NCBI GenBank assembly: GCA_040389905.1
Contig: JAZJZK010000004.1
Location: 28,530 to 92,529, forward strand
DNA from: Gemmatimonadota bacterium
GTDB lineage: Bacteria > Gemmatimonadota > Gemmatimonadetes > Gemmatimonadales > Gemmatimonadaceae
DNA: 64,000 bases
Direction of reading: 5' to 3'
In this document: piece by piece, positions 37,073-46,120 of the stretch
Position numbering within the stretch: position 1 is the stretch's first letter
Layout of the letters: each line of letters opens with the position of its first letter
Notes under the pieces: generated by a model
The model's database searches: none
Told to the model about the DNA's origin: nothing
Seen by the model: only the letters and a program-made list of their open reading frames with translations
Position numbers and translations under genes: made by a program

Positions 37073-38380
37073 TCAGGCGTAAATGCCGCGGAGCCGATGC
37101 ACGGTCGCCACTCGGCTGATCGACACCATGTAGGCCGCCGTGCGCATGTTCACCTTGTGCTGCATGGACAGCTTGAGGACATCGGCGAAGCTGCGGGTCA
37201 TGATGTCGGTGAGACGCTCGTTCACCGTTTCCTCCGACCAGAAGTAGCCGCCACGGTCCTGGACCCACTCGAAGTACGAGACCGTGACGCCGCCCGCATT
37301 CGCGAGAATGTCTGGAATGACGAAGATTTCCTTCTCGTCGAGAATCGAATCTGCTCCAGCGGTGGTCGGGCCGTTCGCGCCCTCGCAGATGATCTTCGCC
37401 TGGATCTTCGACGCATTCTTGCTCGTGATCACGTTTTCGAGCGCAGCTGGCAGCAGCACATCGACGTCGCACGTCAGCAATTCTTCGTTCGTGATCGCGT
37501 CGCCGCCGGTGAACCCCTCGAGCGTACGGTTGGCTTGGACGTATTTGATGGCTGCCGGGATGTCGATGCCGCCCTTGTTGTAGAACGCCCCGGTGCGATC
37601 GCTGATTGCGCGCACCTTGCAACCTTCCTTCGCCAGCAACTCGGCCGCGATGGAGCCGACGTTCCCGAAGCCCTGCACCGCGAGCGTCGTACCAGACACC
37701 TTCATTCCGAGGTGCTTGAGCGCTTCCTTCGTCACGATCATGCAGCCACGGCCCGTCGCTTCACGTCTGCCGAGCGACCCGCCCATCTCAACAGGCTTGC
37801 CGGTGACGACGGCGGTCACCGTGTGACGATGATGCATGGAATAGGTGTCCATGAGCCACGCCATCACGCGCTCGTTCGTATTGACGTCAGGCGCAGGCAC
37901 GTCGGAATCAGGTCCGAGCGTGTGAATGATGCCCATGGTGTAACGGCGCGTGAGACGCTCGAGTTCACCGGCGCTCATCTTGAGCGGATCGCAGATGACG
38001 CCGCCTTTTGCACCGCCAAAGGGCAAATTCACAACGGCGCACTTCCAGGTCATCCACGCGGCCAGCGCCTTCACCTCATCCAGATTCACCTGCATGTCGA
38101 AGCGAATGCCACCTTTCGCCGGTCCACGCGAGGTGTTGTAGAGCACACGGTAACCGGTGAAGACCTCGACCTCCCCATTGTCCATCATCACCGGCATGGA
38201 CACGATGATCTGCTTTTCGGGGTGTCGGAGGACCTTGTAGAGGCCCGGCTCGAGATCGAGGAGTTGCGCCGCGCGGTCGAAGCGACTCATCATCGCCTCG
38301 AACGGGTTCTCCTCATGAAGAAAAAGGTCCTTATCGGGATTGACGATACTATCGGTCGGCAGTCGAAGATCGGTGGCCAT
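37073..38380 (-). CDS. gdhA: Glu/Leu/Phe/Val dehydrogenase (probable glutamate dehydrogenase)
   Basis: [58 protein letters not shown]. Confidence 0.9.
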   Translation of the reverse strand: MATDLRLPTDSIVNPDKDLFLHEENPFEAMMSRFDRAAQLLDLEPGLYKVLRHPEKQIIVSMPVMMDNGEVEVFTGYRVLYNTSRGPAKGGIRFDMQVNLDEVKALAAWMTWKCAVVNLPFGGAKGGVICDPLKMSAGELERLTRRYTMGIIHTLGPDSDVPAPDVNTNERVMAWLMDTYSMHHRHTVTAVVTGKPVEMGGSLGRREATGRGCMIVTKEALKHLGMKVSGTTLAVQGFGNVGSIAAELLAKEGCKVRAISDRTGAFYNKGGIDIPAAIKYVQANRTLEGFTGGDAITNEELLTCDVDVLLPAALENVITSKNASKIQAKIICEGANGPTTAGADSILDEKEIFVIPDILANAGGVTVSYFEWVQDRGGYFWSEETVNERLTDIMTRSFADVLKLSMQHKVNMRTAAYMVSISRVATVHRLRGIYA

Positions 38381-38400
38381 TGGATTGAAACTGGGCCGGC

Positions 38401-39438
38401 TCAGCCGGCGGTTGAGGAGACGTCCTCACGAGCTGCCAGGACGGTATCCAGCGCGCGGTCGAGCACGGCAGCGCCATGCTCGATCACGACATTTTGCGAA
38501 ACATACCACAAGGTTGCGGCCGCGGCAGGCCAGCGACCGGCGAGCTTCACCGCGTCCTTCAGGGTGCACACGAGTCCCTCTCGAGCATCGGCCGCCGCCA
38601 CGAGTTTCCGTACGTCGGCATCGGTAAACGCATGATGATCGGGGAACGCGTGGGGATCGAGTTGCGCACCCGTCGCGCGCAGCTGCGCGAAGAACGCATC
38701 GGGCGCCCCGACAGCCGCAGCTGCGGCAAGGCGTCGCCCTTCCATCCAGACAAGTGGCATGCGCGTGTGCGTCCGCGCGTCAACCAGCTCATGCAGGGAT
38801 AACAGCGTGACGGCGACATCGGCACGCGGAAAGCGTTTGGCCAATCGCTCCGCGACGCGCTTCGCCTCGTCCGCGCTGTCGCTCTTTCGTGTCACGACGA
38901 TCACGTGCGCACGCGACAGCGACTCGAGGGGCTCTCGGAGCGGACCGGCTGGCAGTAGGCGGAGCCCGTCACGCCACCGCTCGCAAGACACGAGCACCCA
39001 GTCGGACACACGAGCGGCACGGCGGTGCTGAAATGCGTCGTCGAGGATGACACAATCGGCGCCCCCGACGCGTGCCGTCTCGGCGCCGGCCACCCGGTCG
39101 GCGTCGACGATCACAGGCACGTCCGGATTCAGGGTACGGTGCACGAGCGGCTCATCGTGCCCGTAGCCGCGCATGACGATCGCTGGATGCGCACCCCGCA
39201 CCGCGAGTTGGCTCGCGGCCCAGGCGGCGACAGGCGTCTTGCCCGTTCCGCCAACGGTGATGTTCCCAATGCTGAGGGCGGGCACCGCGGTGCGGCTCAC
39301 CGCACGTGATGACGAGTCATATCGTCGGTTGCGAAGTGCAACGCCGGCACGATACAAGAGGCTCGCTGGGGACAAAAGCGACCGCGCGCCCACTGATGCC
39401 AGTCCCTTCCCGTACCAGAGTGCATCGAGTGCGCTCAT
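38401..39438 (-). CDS. lpxK: Tetraacyldisaccharide 4'-kinase
   Basis: [39 protein letters not shown]. Confidence 0.93.
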   Translation of the reverse strand: MSALDALWYGKGLASVGARSLLSPASLLYRAGVALRNRRYDSSSRAVSRTAVPALSIGNITVGGTGKTPVAAWAASQLAVRGAHPAIVMRGYGHDEPLVHRTLNPDVPVIVDADRVAGAETARVGGADCVILDDAFQHRRAARVSDWVLVSCERWRDGLRLLPAGPLREPLESLSRAHVIVVTRKSDSADEAKRVAERLAKRFPRADVAVTLLSLHELVDARTHTRMPLVWMEGRRLAAAAAVGAPDAFFAQLRATGAQLDPHAFPDHHAFTDADVRKLVAAADAREGLVCTLKDAVKLAGRWPAAAATLWYVSQNVVIEHGAAVLDRALDTVLAAREDVSSTAG

Positions 39439-40065
39439 TTACGACCCTCGGACGGAATCGAGCAGCAACTGGAGCGCGGGCGCTTGCTCTGCGGCATCAC
39501 GAGGTGACGGCGCGCGCACGACAGTCGGCGCTCCATAGCTCACATCCACGCGTGCGAACGGCTTTGGGATGAGAAAGCGATCCCAGCTCTTGAGCCGCCA
39601 CGCACGCGACGCCGCCGCTCGAATCGGCACGATGTGGGCCCCCGTTCGCTGCGACGCGACCGCGGCCCCTGGCGCGAAGACACGCGCCGGTCCTCGAGGA
39701 CCATCGGGCGTGATGGCCCCATCGCGTCCCGCGTCGATTTCTCGCATGAGTCCAATCAGCGCTCGGCTCCCTCCCTTCGAGGAGGATCCGCGCACTGTCG
39801 CATAGCCCAGCGACTCCGCAATCCTGGCGACGATCTCCCCGTCCTTGTGTTCACTGATGACGATGGCAATGTTCTCGCCGCGGTGCTGCCACAGGAGGGG
39901 CAGGAGTTCACCATGCCACAGCGCGAAAATCACGCGTTCATTCTTGGCCCGCGCCGCGCGAAGCCCGTCATCGTTGTGTGATCGCATGCGCCATGTGCTC
40001 GCCAACGCACGCAACAGCACCGCGCCGAAGCGCACGGTCCATCGTACTTTTCGGTCGGAGTTCAC
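39439..40065 (-). CDS. DUF374 / lysophospholipid acyltransferase-like protein
   Basis: ALWHG, SEHKDGE, VRGSS, TPDGPRGP, SWDRFLIPKPF; GTG start at 40065 inferred. Confidence 0.85.
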   Translation of the reverse strand: MNSDRKVRWTVRFGAVLLRALASTWRMRSHNDDGLRAARAKNERVIFALWHGELLPLLWQHRGENIAIVISEHKDGEIVARIAESLGYATVRGSSSKGGSRALIGLMREIDAGRDGAITPDGPRGPARVFAPGAAVASQRTGAHIVPIRAAASRAWRLKSWDRFLIPKPFARVDVSYGAPTVVRAPSPRDAAEQAPALQLLLDSVRGS

Positions 40066-40066
40066 C

Positions 40067-41194
40067 TTACGCGCTCCCCGCTCCACTCGCCAGCGCGATG
40101 GCCATATTGGCAACGCGCTGCGCCGCCCCCGGCGTGCCGAGCATGCCACGCACGCGCGCGAGCTCCTCGATCATGCGTGCGCGCGACGGATTACCTGGGT
40201 CCAGCAGCGGCTCGAGGGCGTTCGCGACGCTGGCCGGCCGAAGGGCGCCCTGTATGAATTCCATCGCCACCTCCCTTCCCGCGACCACGTTCACCAGACC
40301 GATGAACGAAATCGTGATGAAATGGCGCGCGACCGCGTAGGTGATGGGATCGACGCGATACGCGACCACCAAGGGGCAGAGCGCCACTGCAGCTTCGAGC
40401 GTCGTCGTTCCACTCTTGCACATCGCGGCGTCCGCGGCGCGGAGCAACGCGAACGACGCCGCGTGGACCAGCGGATACGGACAGCGTGACTCCGGAATCG
40501 CGACGTGGGGTGCGGCGCTCACCACCACCTTGAGCGAGGGGTCGCGACGCTGGAGTTCGCGAGCCGTTGCGACGAATGCGTCGAGGTGCAGGGCGATTTC
40601 CTGCGTACGACTGCCCGGAAAGAGCACCAGCAGTCGCTCGTCCAAACCGACGCCAATCGCTGCGCGCGCTTCCTCGCGCGTCGGAAGTGTCCCGACGCGA
40701 TCCATCAGCGGATGGCCGACGAACGTCGCATCTACGCCGTTGTCGCGGAGCAGTTTCTCTTCGAACGGGAGTATTACCGCTGCCTTGGTGACCGTGCGGG
40801 CCAGCGCCTTCATCCGCCCAGGTCGCGAGGCCCAGACCTGTGGGGTGATGTAGTACAGCACAGGTACGCCGCATTCTTTCGCGGCCGCGGCGACCTTCAG
40901 GTTGAAGCCCCCGTAGTCCACCACGATGAGCAGCGCGACGTTGCCTGTCTGCATGCGTACGCGCAATGCATTAAGCAGGCGCCGGTACTGCGCTAGATGC
41001 TTCAGTGGCTCGACGAAACCGATATGCGCGAGCTTCTCGATATGTTCGAGCAACTCGACACCAGCTTCCCGCATCCTGTCTCCGCCCACACCGCGAAGGA
41101 CGAACGGCGCACCCGTCGAGCGAATCTCGTGCGCTACTCTCGCCGCGTGCTGATCGCCCGACACCTCGCCGGCGACGAACAGGACCTCACGCAC
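40067..41194 (-). CDS. lpxB: Lipid-A-disaccharide synthase
   Basis: AGEVSGD, DY.GFN, PQVWA.R, LPFE, FVGHP, PGSR..E, SGT.TLE. Confidence 0.95.
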   Translation of the reverse strand: MREVLFVAGEVSGDQHAARVAHEIRSTGAPFVLRGVGGDRMREAGVELLEHIEKLAHIGFVEPLKHLAQYRRLLNALRVRMQTGNVALLIVVDYGGFNLKVAAAAKECGVPVLYYITPQVWASRPGRMKALARTVTKAAVILPFEEKLLRDNGVDATFVGHPLMDRVGTLPTREEARAAIGVGLDERLLVLFPGSRTQEIALHLDAFVATARELQRRDPSLKVVVSAAPHVAIPESRCPYPLVHAASFALLRAADAAMCKSGTTTLEAAVALCPLVVAYRVDPITYAVARHFITISFIGLVNVVAGREVAMEFIQGALRPASVANALEPLLDPGNPSRARMIEELARVRGMLGTPGAAQRVANMAIALASGAGSA

Positions 41195-42200
41195 GCGCGC
41201 TCGGCAGGGAGTGACCGCGCCCAGCGAGCGCCGGGAGCGTTCGCTCGATGTCGCGGACGATCTGAAGCGCCACCGCGAGCGCCTCGCGTCCCGCTTCGCC
41301 CGTCACGGCAACGGGTGCCTCGCCCCGTACCGCGGCGAGAAAACTCTCGAACTCGAGCCGCAGCGGCTCGCCGTCTTCGGCCTCGACGGGAATCCGCTCG
41401 ACGAACTGTTCCAGCGCGAGTGGCGCGTTTGCGATCGATGCGAAATCGACGTCACCGCGCAACCGGTAAAACTCACCATTCCCCGCGCCGAGATCGAGCG
41501 AGAGATACCCGCTCTGCTGAAAGATGCGGATCTTTCGCATGCGTTCGCGGGAAACTCGGCTCGCCGTGATGTTTGCCACCGCGCCGGAATCGAAGGTCAA
41601 GCGCGCGTTGGCGATGTCGACGAATGGCGTCAGCACCGGCACGCCGACCGCACTCACCGACGACGCCTTCCCGCCGACGAGCGTGTGGACGAGATCGATG
41701 TCGTGAATCATCAAGTCGAGCACGACCGCGACGTCGGACCCGCGCGGATTGAACGGGGCAAGCCGGTCGCTCTCGATGAAACGCGGTGCGTCGACATACG
41801 GAAGCGCGGCACGGATGGCACGGTTGAAGCGCTCCACATGCCCGGTCTGCACCACGGCGCCATGCTTCGCCGCGAGCGCCAGCATTGCATCGGCCTCATC
41901 CAGCGTCGCTGCGATGGGCTTCTCGATCATCGCGTGAATGCCACGCGCGAGTACCTGTTGCGCGACCGCGAAATGCAATGGCGTCGGCACGACGATCGTC
42001 ACCGCATCAGCGACATCGAGCAATGAATCGAGGCTTTCGTGTGCGCGGACGCCGAGGTCGGCCGCAACTTTCGATGCCCGCTCAGCGTTCGCTTCGTAGA
42101 AACCGGCGAAATCCGGTCCCAACATGTCGCGCAAGATGCGGACATGGTGGATGCCAAGGCCGCCGGCGCCGATGACACCGGTGCGGACGCGCGTGCTCAG
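41187..42200 (-). CDS. Gfo/Idh/MocA oxidoreductase (GnnA-like), probable CTG start
   Basis: GVIGAGGLG Rossmann motif upstream of the track's start, EKPIA, GHVERFN, DLMIHDID; lies between lpxA and lpxB. Confidence 0.8.
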   Translation of the reverse strand: MSTRVRTGVIGAGGLGIHHVRILRDMLGPDFAGFYEANAERASKVAADLGVRAHESLDSLLDVADAVTIVVPTPLHFAVAQQVLARGIHAMIEKPIAATLDEADAMLALAAKHGAVVQTGHVERFNRAIRAALPYVDAPRFIESDRLAPFNPRGSDVAVVLDLMIHDIDLVHTLVGGKASSVSAVGVPVLTPFVDIANARLTFDSGAVANITASRVSRERMRKIRIFQQSGYLSLDLGAGNGEFYRLRGDVDFASIANAPLALEQFVERIPVEAEDGEPLRLEFESFLAAVRGEAPVAVTGEAGREALAVALQIVRDIERTLPALAGRGHSLPSARA

Positions 42201-42973
42201 ACGACCACCCCGCGTCCGCTCTCTTCGAGGAACCGGATGAGGTCCTGGACTTCGGGAAATGGCTTGAGATCCGTTGCGGCCTTTTCCTTCGCCTGCGTCA
42301 CATTCAGCTCGGAGCGAAAGAACAGCCGATACGCACGCTTCAATTCCGCGACGACATCTTCAGGAAAGTTGTTTCGCGCCAGGCCGACGCTGTTCAACCC
42401 ATAGAGCTTCAGCGGATTGCCGACCGCTTTCACGTAGGGCGGTACGTCCTGCGAAATCCGCGAACAGCCGCCGACGAATGCGTACTTGCCGACCTTCACG
42501 AACTGGTGTGCCGCGCTCGTGCCGGAGATGATGGCCTTGTCACCGACGCTCACGTGTCCCGCGAGCTGCACGCTGTTCACGAGGATCACCCCGTCGCCGA
42601 TGTGACAGTCGTGCGCGAGGTGAACGTAGGACATGATCAGGCAATTCTTGCCGACGGTCGTCTTGAACGACTGCGTCGTGCCGCGATTGATCGTGCTGTA
42701 TTCGCGAATCGTCGTGCCCTCGCCGATCTCGACCGTCGTGTGTTCGCCACCGAACTTGAGATCCTGTGGATCACCGCCGAGGATCGAGCCCGAGCCGACC
42801 TTGACGTTGTTCCCCAGGTGGACAAAGCGCTCGAGCATGGCGCGCGGTGCGATCACGCATCCGTCGCCGATAGTGCAACCTTCGCCTATGATGGCGAATG
42901 GCCCGATCTCGACATCCTCTCCGATCTGAGCATCGGCGCTGACGATCGCGGTCGGATGAATACGTGCGGTCAT
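42197..42973 (-). CDS. lpxA: Acyl-ACP--UDP-N-acetylglucosamine acyltransferase
   Basis: Hexapeptide repeats, PQDLKF, IREY.TI.RGT, HLAHDC, HQF. Confidence 0.95.
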   Translation of the reverse strand: MTARIHPTAIVSADAQIGEDVEIGPFAIIGEGCTIGDGCVIAPRAMLERFVHLGNNVKVGSGSILGGDPQDLKFGGEHTTVEIGEGTTIREYSTINRGTTQSFKTTVGKNCLIMSYVHLAHDCHIGDGVILVNSVQLAGHVSVGDKAIISGTSAAHQFVKVGKYAFVGGCSRISQDVPPYVKAVGNPLKLYGLNSVGLARNNFPEDVVAELKRAYRLFFRSELNVTQAKEKAATDLKPFPEVQDLIRFLEESGRGVVV

Positions 42974-44235
42974 TTGTCCCGCACCATCGCACTCATCTCC
43001 GCCTCGCAGACCAGCTCACCATCGACCTTTGCCAGCCCCTTCATGCGGCACATCATGCCGCGAATCTGCAGCATTTCCAGCTCGAAGCGAAGTTGGTCGC
43101 CAGGCTTCACCGGTTTTCTCCACTTCACGTTGTTCAGCGACGTGAAGTAGACGACCTTCTTTTCGGGGTCTGGCACCGAGCCCATCAGCAGCATCCCGCC
43201 CACCTGTGCCATGGCCTCGACAATCAGGACCCCCGGCATGATCGGATGTCCCGGAAAATGGCCCTGGAAGAACGGTTCGTTGATCGTGACGTTCTTGATG
43301 CCCACGATCGTCTTGGGAGGGTCCATCTCCACCACGCGATCGACGAGCAGGAACGGATAGCGATGAGGAAGGACCTGCATGATTTCTTCGATACCGAGCA
43401 CCTGACTCTCCTGCGCTAACGAGGCCTGCAGCGCGCGCACGAACAGCACCGTGCCGCGATGACTGGGTTTGTGCGCCACGATCCGCGCCTTGAGGCGAAG
43501 ACCGGTGAGCGCCAGATCACCGACGCAATCCATCATTTTGTGCCGCACGAACTCATCCGGCGAACGAAGTGCGTTCTCCACCACACTGGTGTCATCGAGA
43601 ACGATTGCGTTCTGCGTGGACGCCCCCTTGATCAAACCCCGCGATCGCAGCGGTTCCACTTCCCTGACGAATCCAAAAGTACGCGCAAACGCCAGCTCCC
43701 GCGCAAATGACGCCGTCGTGATCGTGGACGCATACCGCTGCGACCCGATCAGCGGATGATCGAAGTCGATCGCCACATCGAGTTCCAACGCGTCCGCCGG
43801 AAATGCTTCGTAGACGGACTCGCCGTCCTCCATCCGGACGGGTGCGCGCAACCGGCCGATGCGCAGACACCCGGGATGTTCCCGGACCCCGGCCGCCGAA
43901 AGCGCCTCGAAGAACGGACCTGCGCTCCCGTCCATGATCGGCGGCTCCGGCCCGTCGATCGAAATCAGGAGGTCGTCGATCTCGAGCGCCGCGACCGCCG
44001 CCAGGACGTGCTCGACGGTATGCACCGCGTTCGGCTCATCGCCGAGCTGCGTTCGGCGCTCCGTGAGCTTTGCGTGTTCGGCTAGCGCAGGAATCGGCGG
44101 CACACCAGATAGGTCGCGGCGCTGGAAACGGATGCCTGACCCACTGAGCGCAGGGCTGAACTCGAGCGTGCACTCGACGCCGAGGTGCAGCCCGACTCCG
44201 CTCACCGACGCCGGCCGAGCAATTGTATTGCGCAT
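42970..44235 (-). CDS. lpxC/fabZ: Fused LpxC / FabZ
   Basis: GVGLH.G, TVEH, ARTFGF, EFVRHK.MD..GDL, then [28 protein letters not shown]. Confidence 0.95.
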   Translation of the reverse strand: MRNTIARPASVSGVGLHLGVECTLEFSPALSGSGIRFQRRDLSGVPPIPALAEHAKLTERRTQLGDEPNAVHTVEHVLAAVAALEIDDLLISIDGPEPPIMDGSAGPFFEALSAAGVREHPGCLRIGRLRAPVRMEDGESVYEAFPADALELDVAIDFDHPLIGSQRYASTITTASFARELAFARTFGFVREVEPLRSRGLIKGASTQNAIVLDDTSVVENALRSPDEFVRHKMMDCVGDLALTGLRLKARIVAHKPSHRGTVLFVRALQASLAQESQVLGIEEIMQVLPHRYPFLLVDRVVEMDPPKTIVGIKNVTINEPFFQGHFPGHPIMPGVLIVEAMAQVGGMLLMGSVPDPEKKVVYFTSLNNVKWRKPVKPGDQLRFELEMLQIRGMMCRMKGLAKVDGELVCEAEMSAMVRDK

Positions 44236-44259
44236 CAGCTCGTGCCGAGCGTTGAACGG

Positions 44260-44379
44260 TTGTCACCCCGAGCCAGCGAATCGGCGAGTTTGTCACCCCG
44301 AGCGAGCGGAGCGAGTCGAGGGCTCTGCGCCTTAACCCAGACTGAGCGTGCGGATCCCTCGACTTCGCTCGGGATGACA
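44260..44379. repeat. REP-like palindromic repeat cluster
   Basis: Direct copies of TGTCACCCCGAGC at 44261 and 44291; inverted copy GATCCCTCGACTTCGCTCGGGATGACA ending at 44379. Confidence 0.8.
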
Positions 44380-44422
44380 CCCAGGGCAATGCGCGCCAGA
44401 AGTGACGGTTTCGAGATAGGCA

Positions 44423-45499
44423 TCAACTCGACCGCGACTCCTCTCGACCGATCATGCGCTCGATTGCCCGGATGAGCGAGGGTAACCGGAACATCGCCGC
44501 GTGCGCGCGGAGCGCCTCCTTATGTGGGCGCGCAGGATAGCCCGACCAAGTCTCGCCGGCGGGGATGTCACCGAAAACACCCGCCTGCGCCGCCAACCGT
44601 GCTCCTGCCCCGATCGTCACGTGGCCGGATACGCCAACCTGACCCGCCAGGATGCATCCATCCTCGATTCGAACCGACCCTGCGACTCCAACCTGCGACA
44701 TCAACAGGCACAGCTTGCCGATGCGGACGTTGTGCGCGACCTGCACCAGGTTGTCGATCTTGGTGCCCGCGCCGACGACGGTGTCATCGATGCTTCCGCG
44801 ATCGATGGTCGTATTGGCCCCGATCTCGACGTCCGACTCGATGATGCATCGCCCGACGTGCGGGATCTTCTGGTGCGCTCCCTCTCGGAAGACGTACCCG
44901 AATCCATCGGAGCCAATGCGTGCGCCGCTCTGTATCAGGACGCGATCTCCCAGCACCGTGCCTGCATACAGCGTCACCGACTCGTAGATCTCGCAGTCCT
45001 CGCCAATCGCAACCCCGGCACCGACCACCGCGTTCGCGCGCACACGCGTCCGGTCACCAACGCGCGCTCCCGGACCGATCACCGCGTTCGCGCCAATCGA
45101 GATCGCACGTCCGAGCACGGCACATCGCCCAATGACAGCACTGGGGTGGATTCCTGGAAGCGTCGCTGCGGGAGGGTGCAACACCTCCAGCAATGACAGC
45201 AAAGCATCGTGCGGTCGCGCCACAATGACCCGAGCGGGCACCGATCCCGGCGACTGCGCCAGTTCTGGCGATACCAGGACAACGCCGGCGTTGGAGGCCG
45301 CCAGGTCACCAGCGTACTTCGCCACGCCGAGGAACGTCACCTGATTCTGCGTGGCCCGGTCGAGCGGCGCGACTCCAGACACCTCGACGCTCGCATCACC
45401 CACGAGAACTCCGCCCACTGCTGCCGCAATGGCCGCGGCGGTGAGGGAACGTGTGCCCTCACCGCCGCTGGTCGATCCGAGATTCCCAGAATCCGCCAC
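44423..45499 (-). CDS. lpxD: UDP-3-O-(3-hydroxyacyl)glucosamine N-acyltransferase
   Basis: [38 protein letters not shown]. Confidence 0.95.
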   Translation of the reverse strand: MADSGNLGSTSGGEGTRSLTAAAIAAAVGGVLVGDASVEVSGVAPLDRATQNQVTFLGVAKYAGDLAASNAGVVLVSPELAQSPGSVPARVIVARPHDALLSLLEVLHPPAATLPGIHPSAVIGRCAVLGRAISIGANAVIGPGARVGDRTRVRANAVVGAGVAIGEDCEIYESVTLYAGTVLGDRVLIQSGARIGSDGFGYVFREGAHQKIPHVGRCIIESDVEIGANTTIDRGSIDDTVVGAGTKIDNLVQVAHNVRIGKLCLLMSQVGVAGSVRIEDGCILAGQVGVSGHVTIGAGARLAAQAGVFGDIPAGETWSGYPARPHKEALRAHAAMFRLPSLIRAIERMIGREESRSS

Positions 45500-45502
45500 G
45501 AT

Positions 45503-46108
45503 TCAGTGCATCGGAGGGTTTGTCGGCGGGCGCGTTACGCCGCTCGGCGCGGGGGCAGGCGCGGTCGTTTTCGGCGCTGCGGCGGCCGACGACGCACGCA
45601 GTTTCGCGAGCACTCGGTCCGTGACATTCAGGTTCTTGTCGAACGCCACGATCGGGGAGCCCTGCTCGGCGTTGAAGATGAACGAGTAGCCACCCTCGAT
45701 CCGAACGTCCTCGATCGCCAGCTTGATCCGATCCATGACCGGTCCAACCAGCTCATTCTGACGCTGGTTTGCCTTCGCCTCGATGTCGCGCGTGCGCTGC
45801 TGGTAGGCGGCCTGCTTTCCACCCAGGTCCTTTTCCCGCGTGTCACGCTGCGCCGCCGTCAGGGTGGGCTGGACCTTCTGGTACGCGGCGATCATCGCGT
45901 CGAGCGAGTCGCTCATGCGCTTGATCTCCGCCTTGAAGACATCCGCTTCCTTCTGGTACGCCGTCTCGGCGTCGGCGCGTCCTGGCGCCTGCTCGACGAG
46001 GATCGACGTCGTGACATAAGCCAGTTTCTGGCCTTGTGCCGAGGCACTGCCGCTGAGGGCGGCGACAAAACCGAGCGCGAATGGTACCGCGCGAAAGAAC
46101 GCACGCAT
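45503..46108 (-). CDS. skp: OmpH/Skp periplasmic chaperone
   Basis: Signal peptide, KLAYV, coiled coil, N.TD.VL; located between bamA and lpxD. Confidence 0.85.
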   Translation of the reverse strand: MRAFFRAVPFALGFVAALSGSASAQGQKLAYVTTSILVEQAPGRADAETAYQKEADVFKAEIKRMSDSLDAMIAAYQKVQPTLTAAQRDTREKDLGGKQAAYQQRTRDIEAKANQRQNELVGPVMDRIKLAIEDVRIEGGYSFIFNAEQGSPIVAFDKNLNVTDRVLAKLRASSAAAAPKTTAPAPAPSGVTRPPTNPPMH

Positions 46109-46120
46109 TGGAACTCCAGG

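Noticed and set aside
37022..38635. 537-aa + strand ORF
   Set aside because: Antisense shadow of the glutamate dehydrogenase gene, with no recognisable motifs; expected in high-GC DNA
44260..44379. CRISPR array
   Set aside because: Only two short direct copies plus an inverted one, no regular spacers and no cas genes
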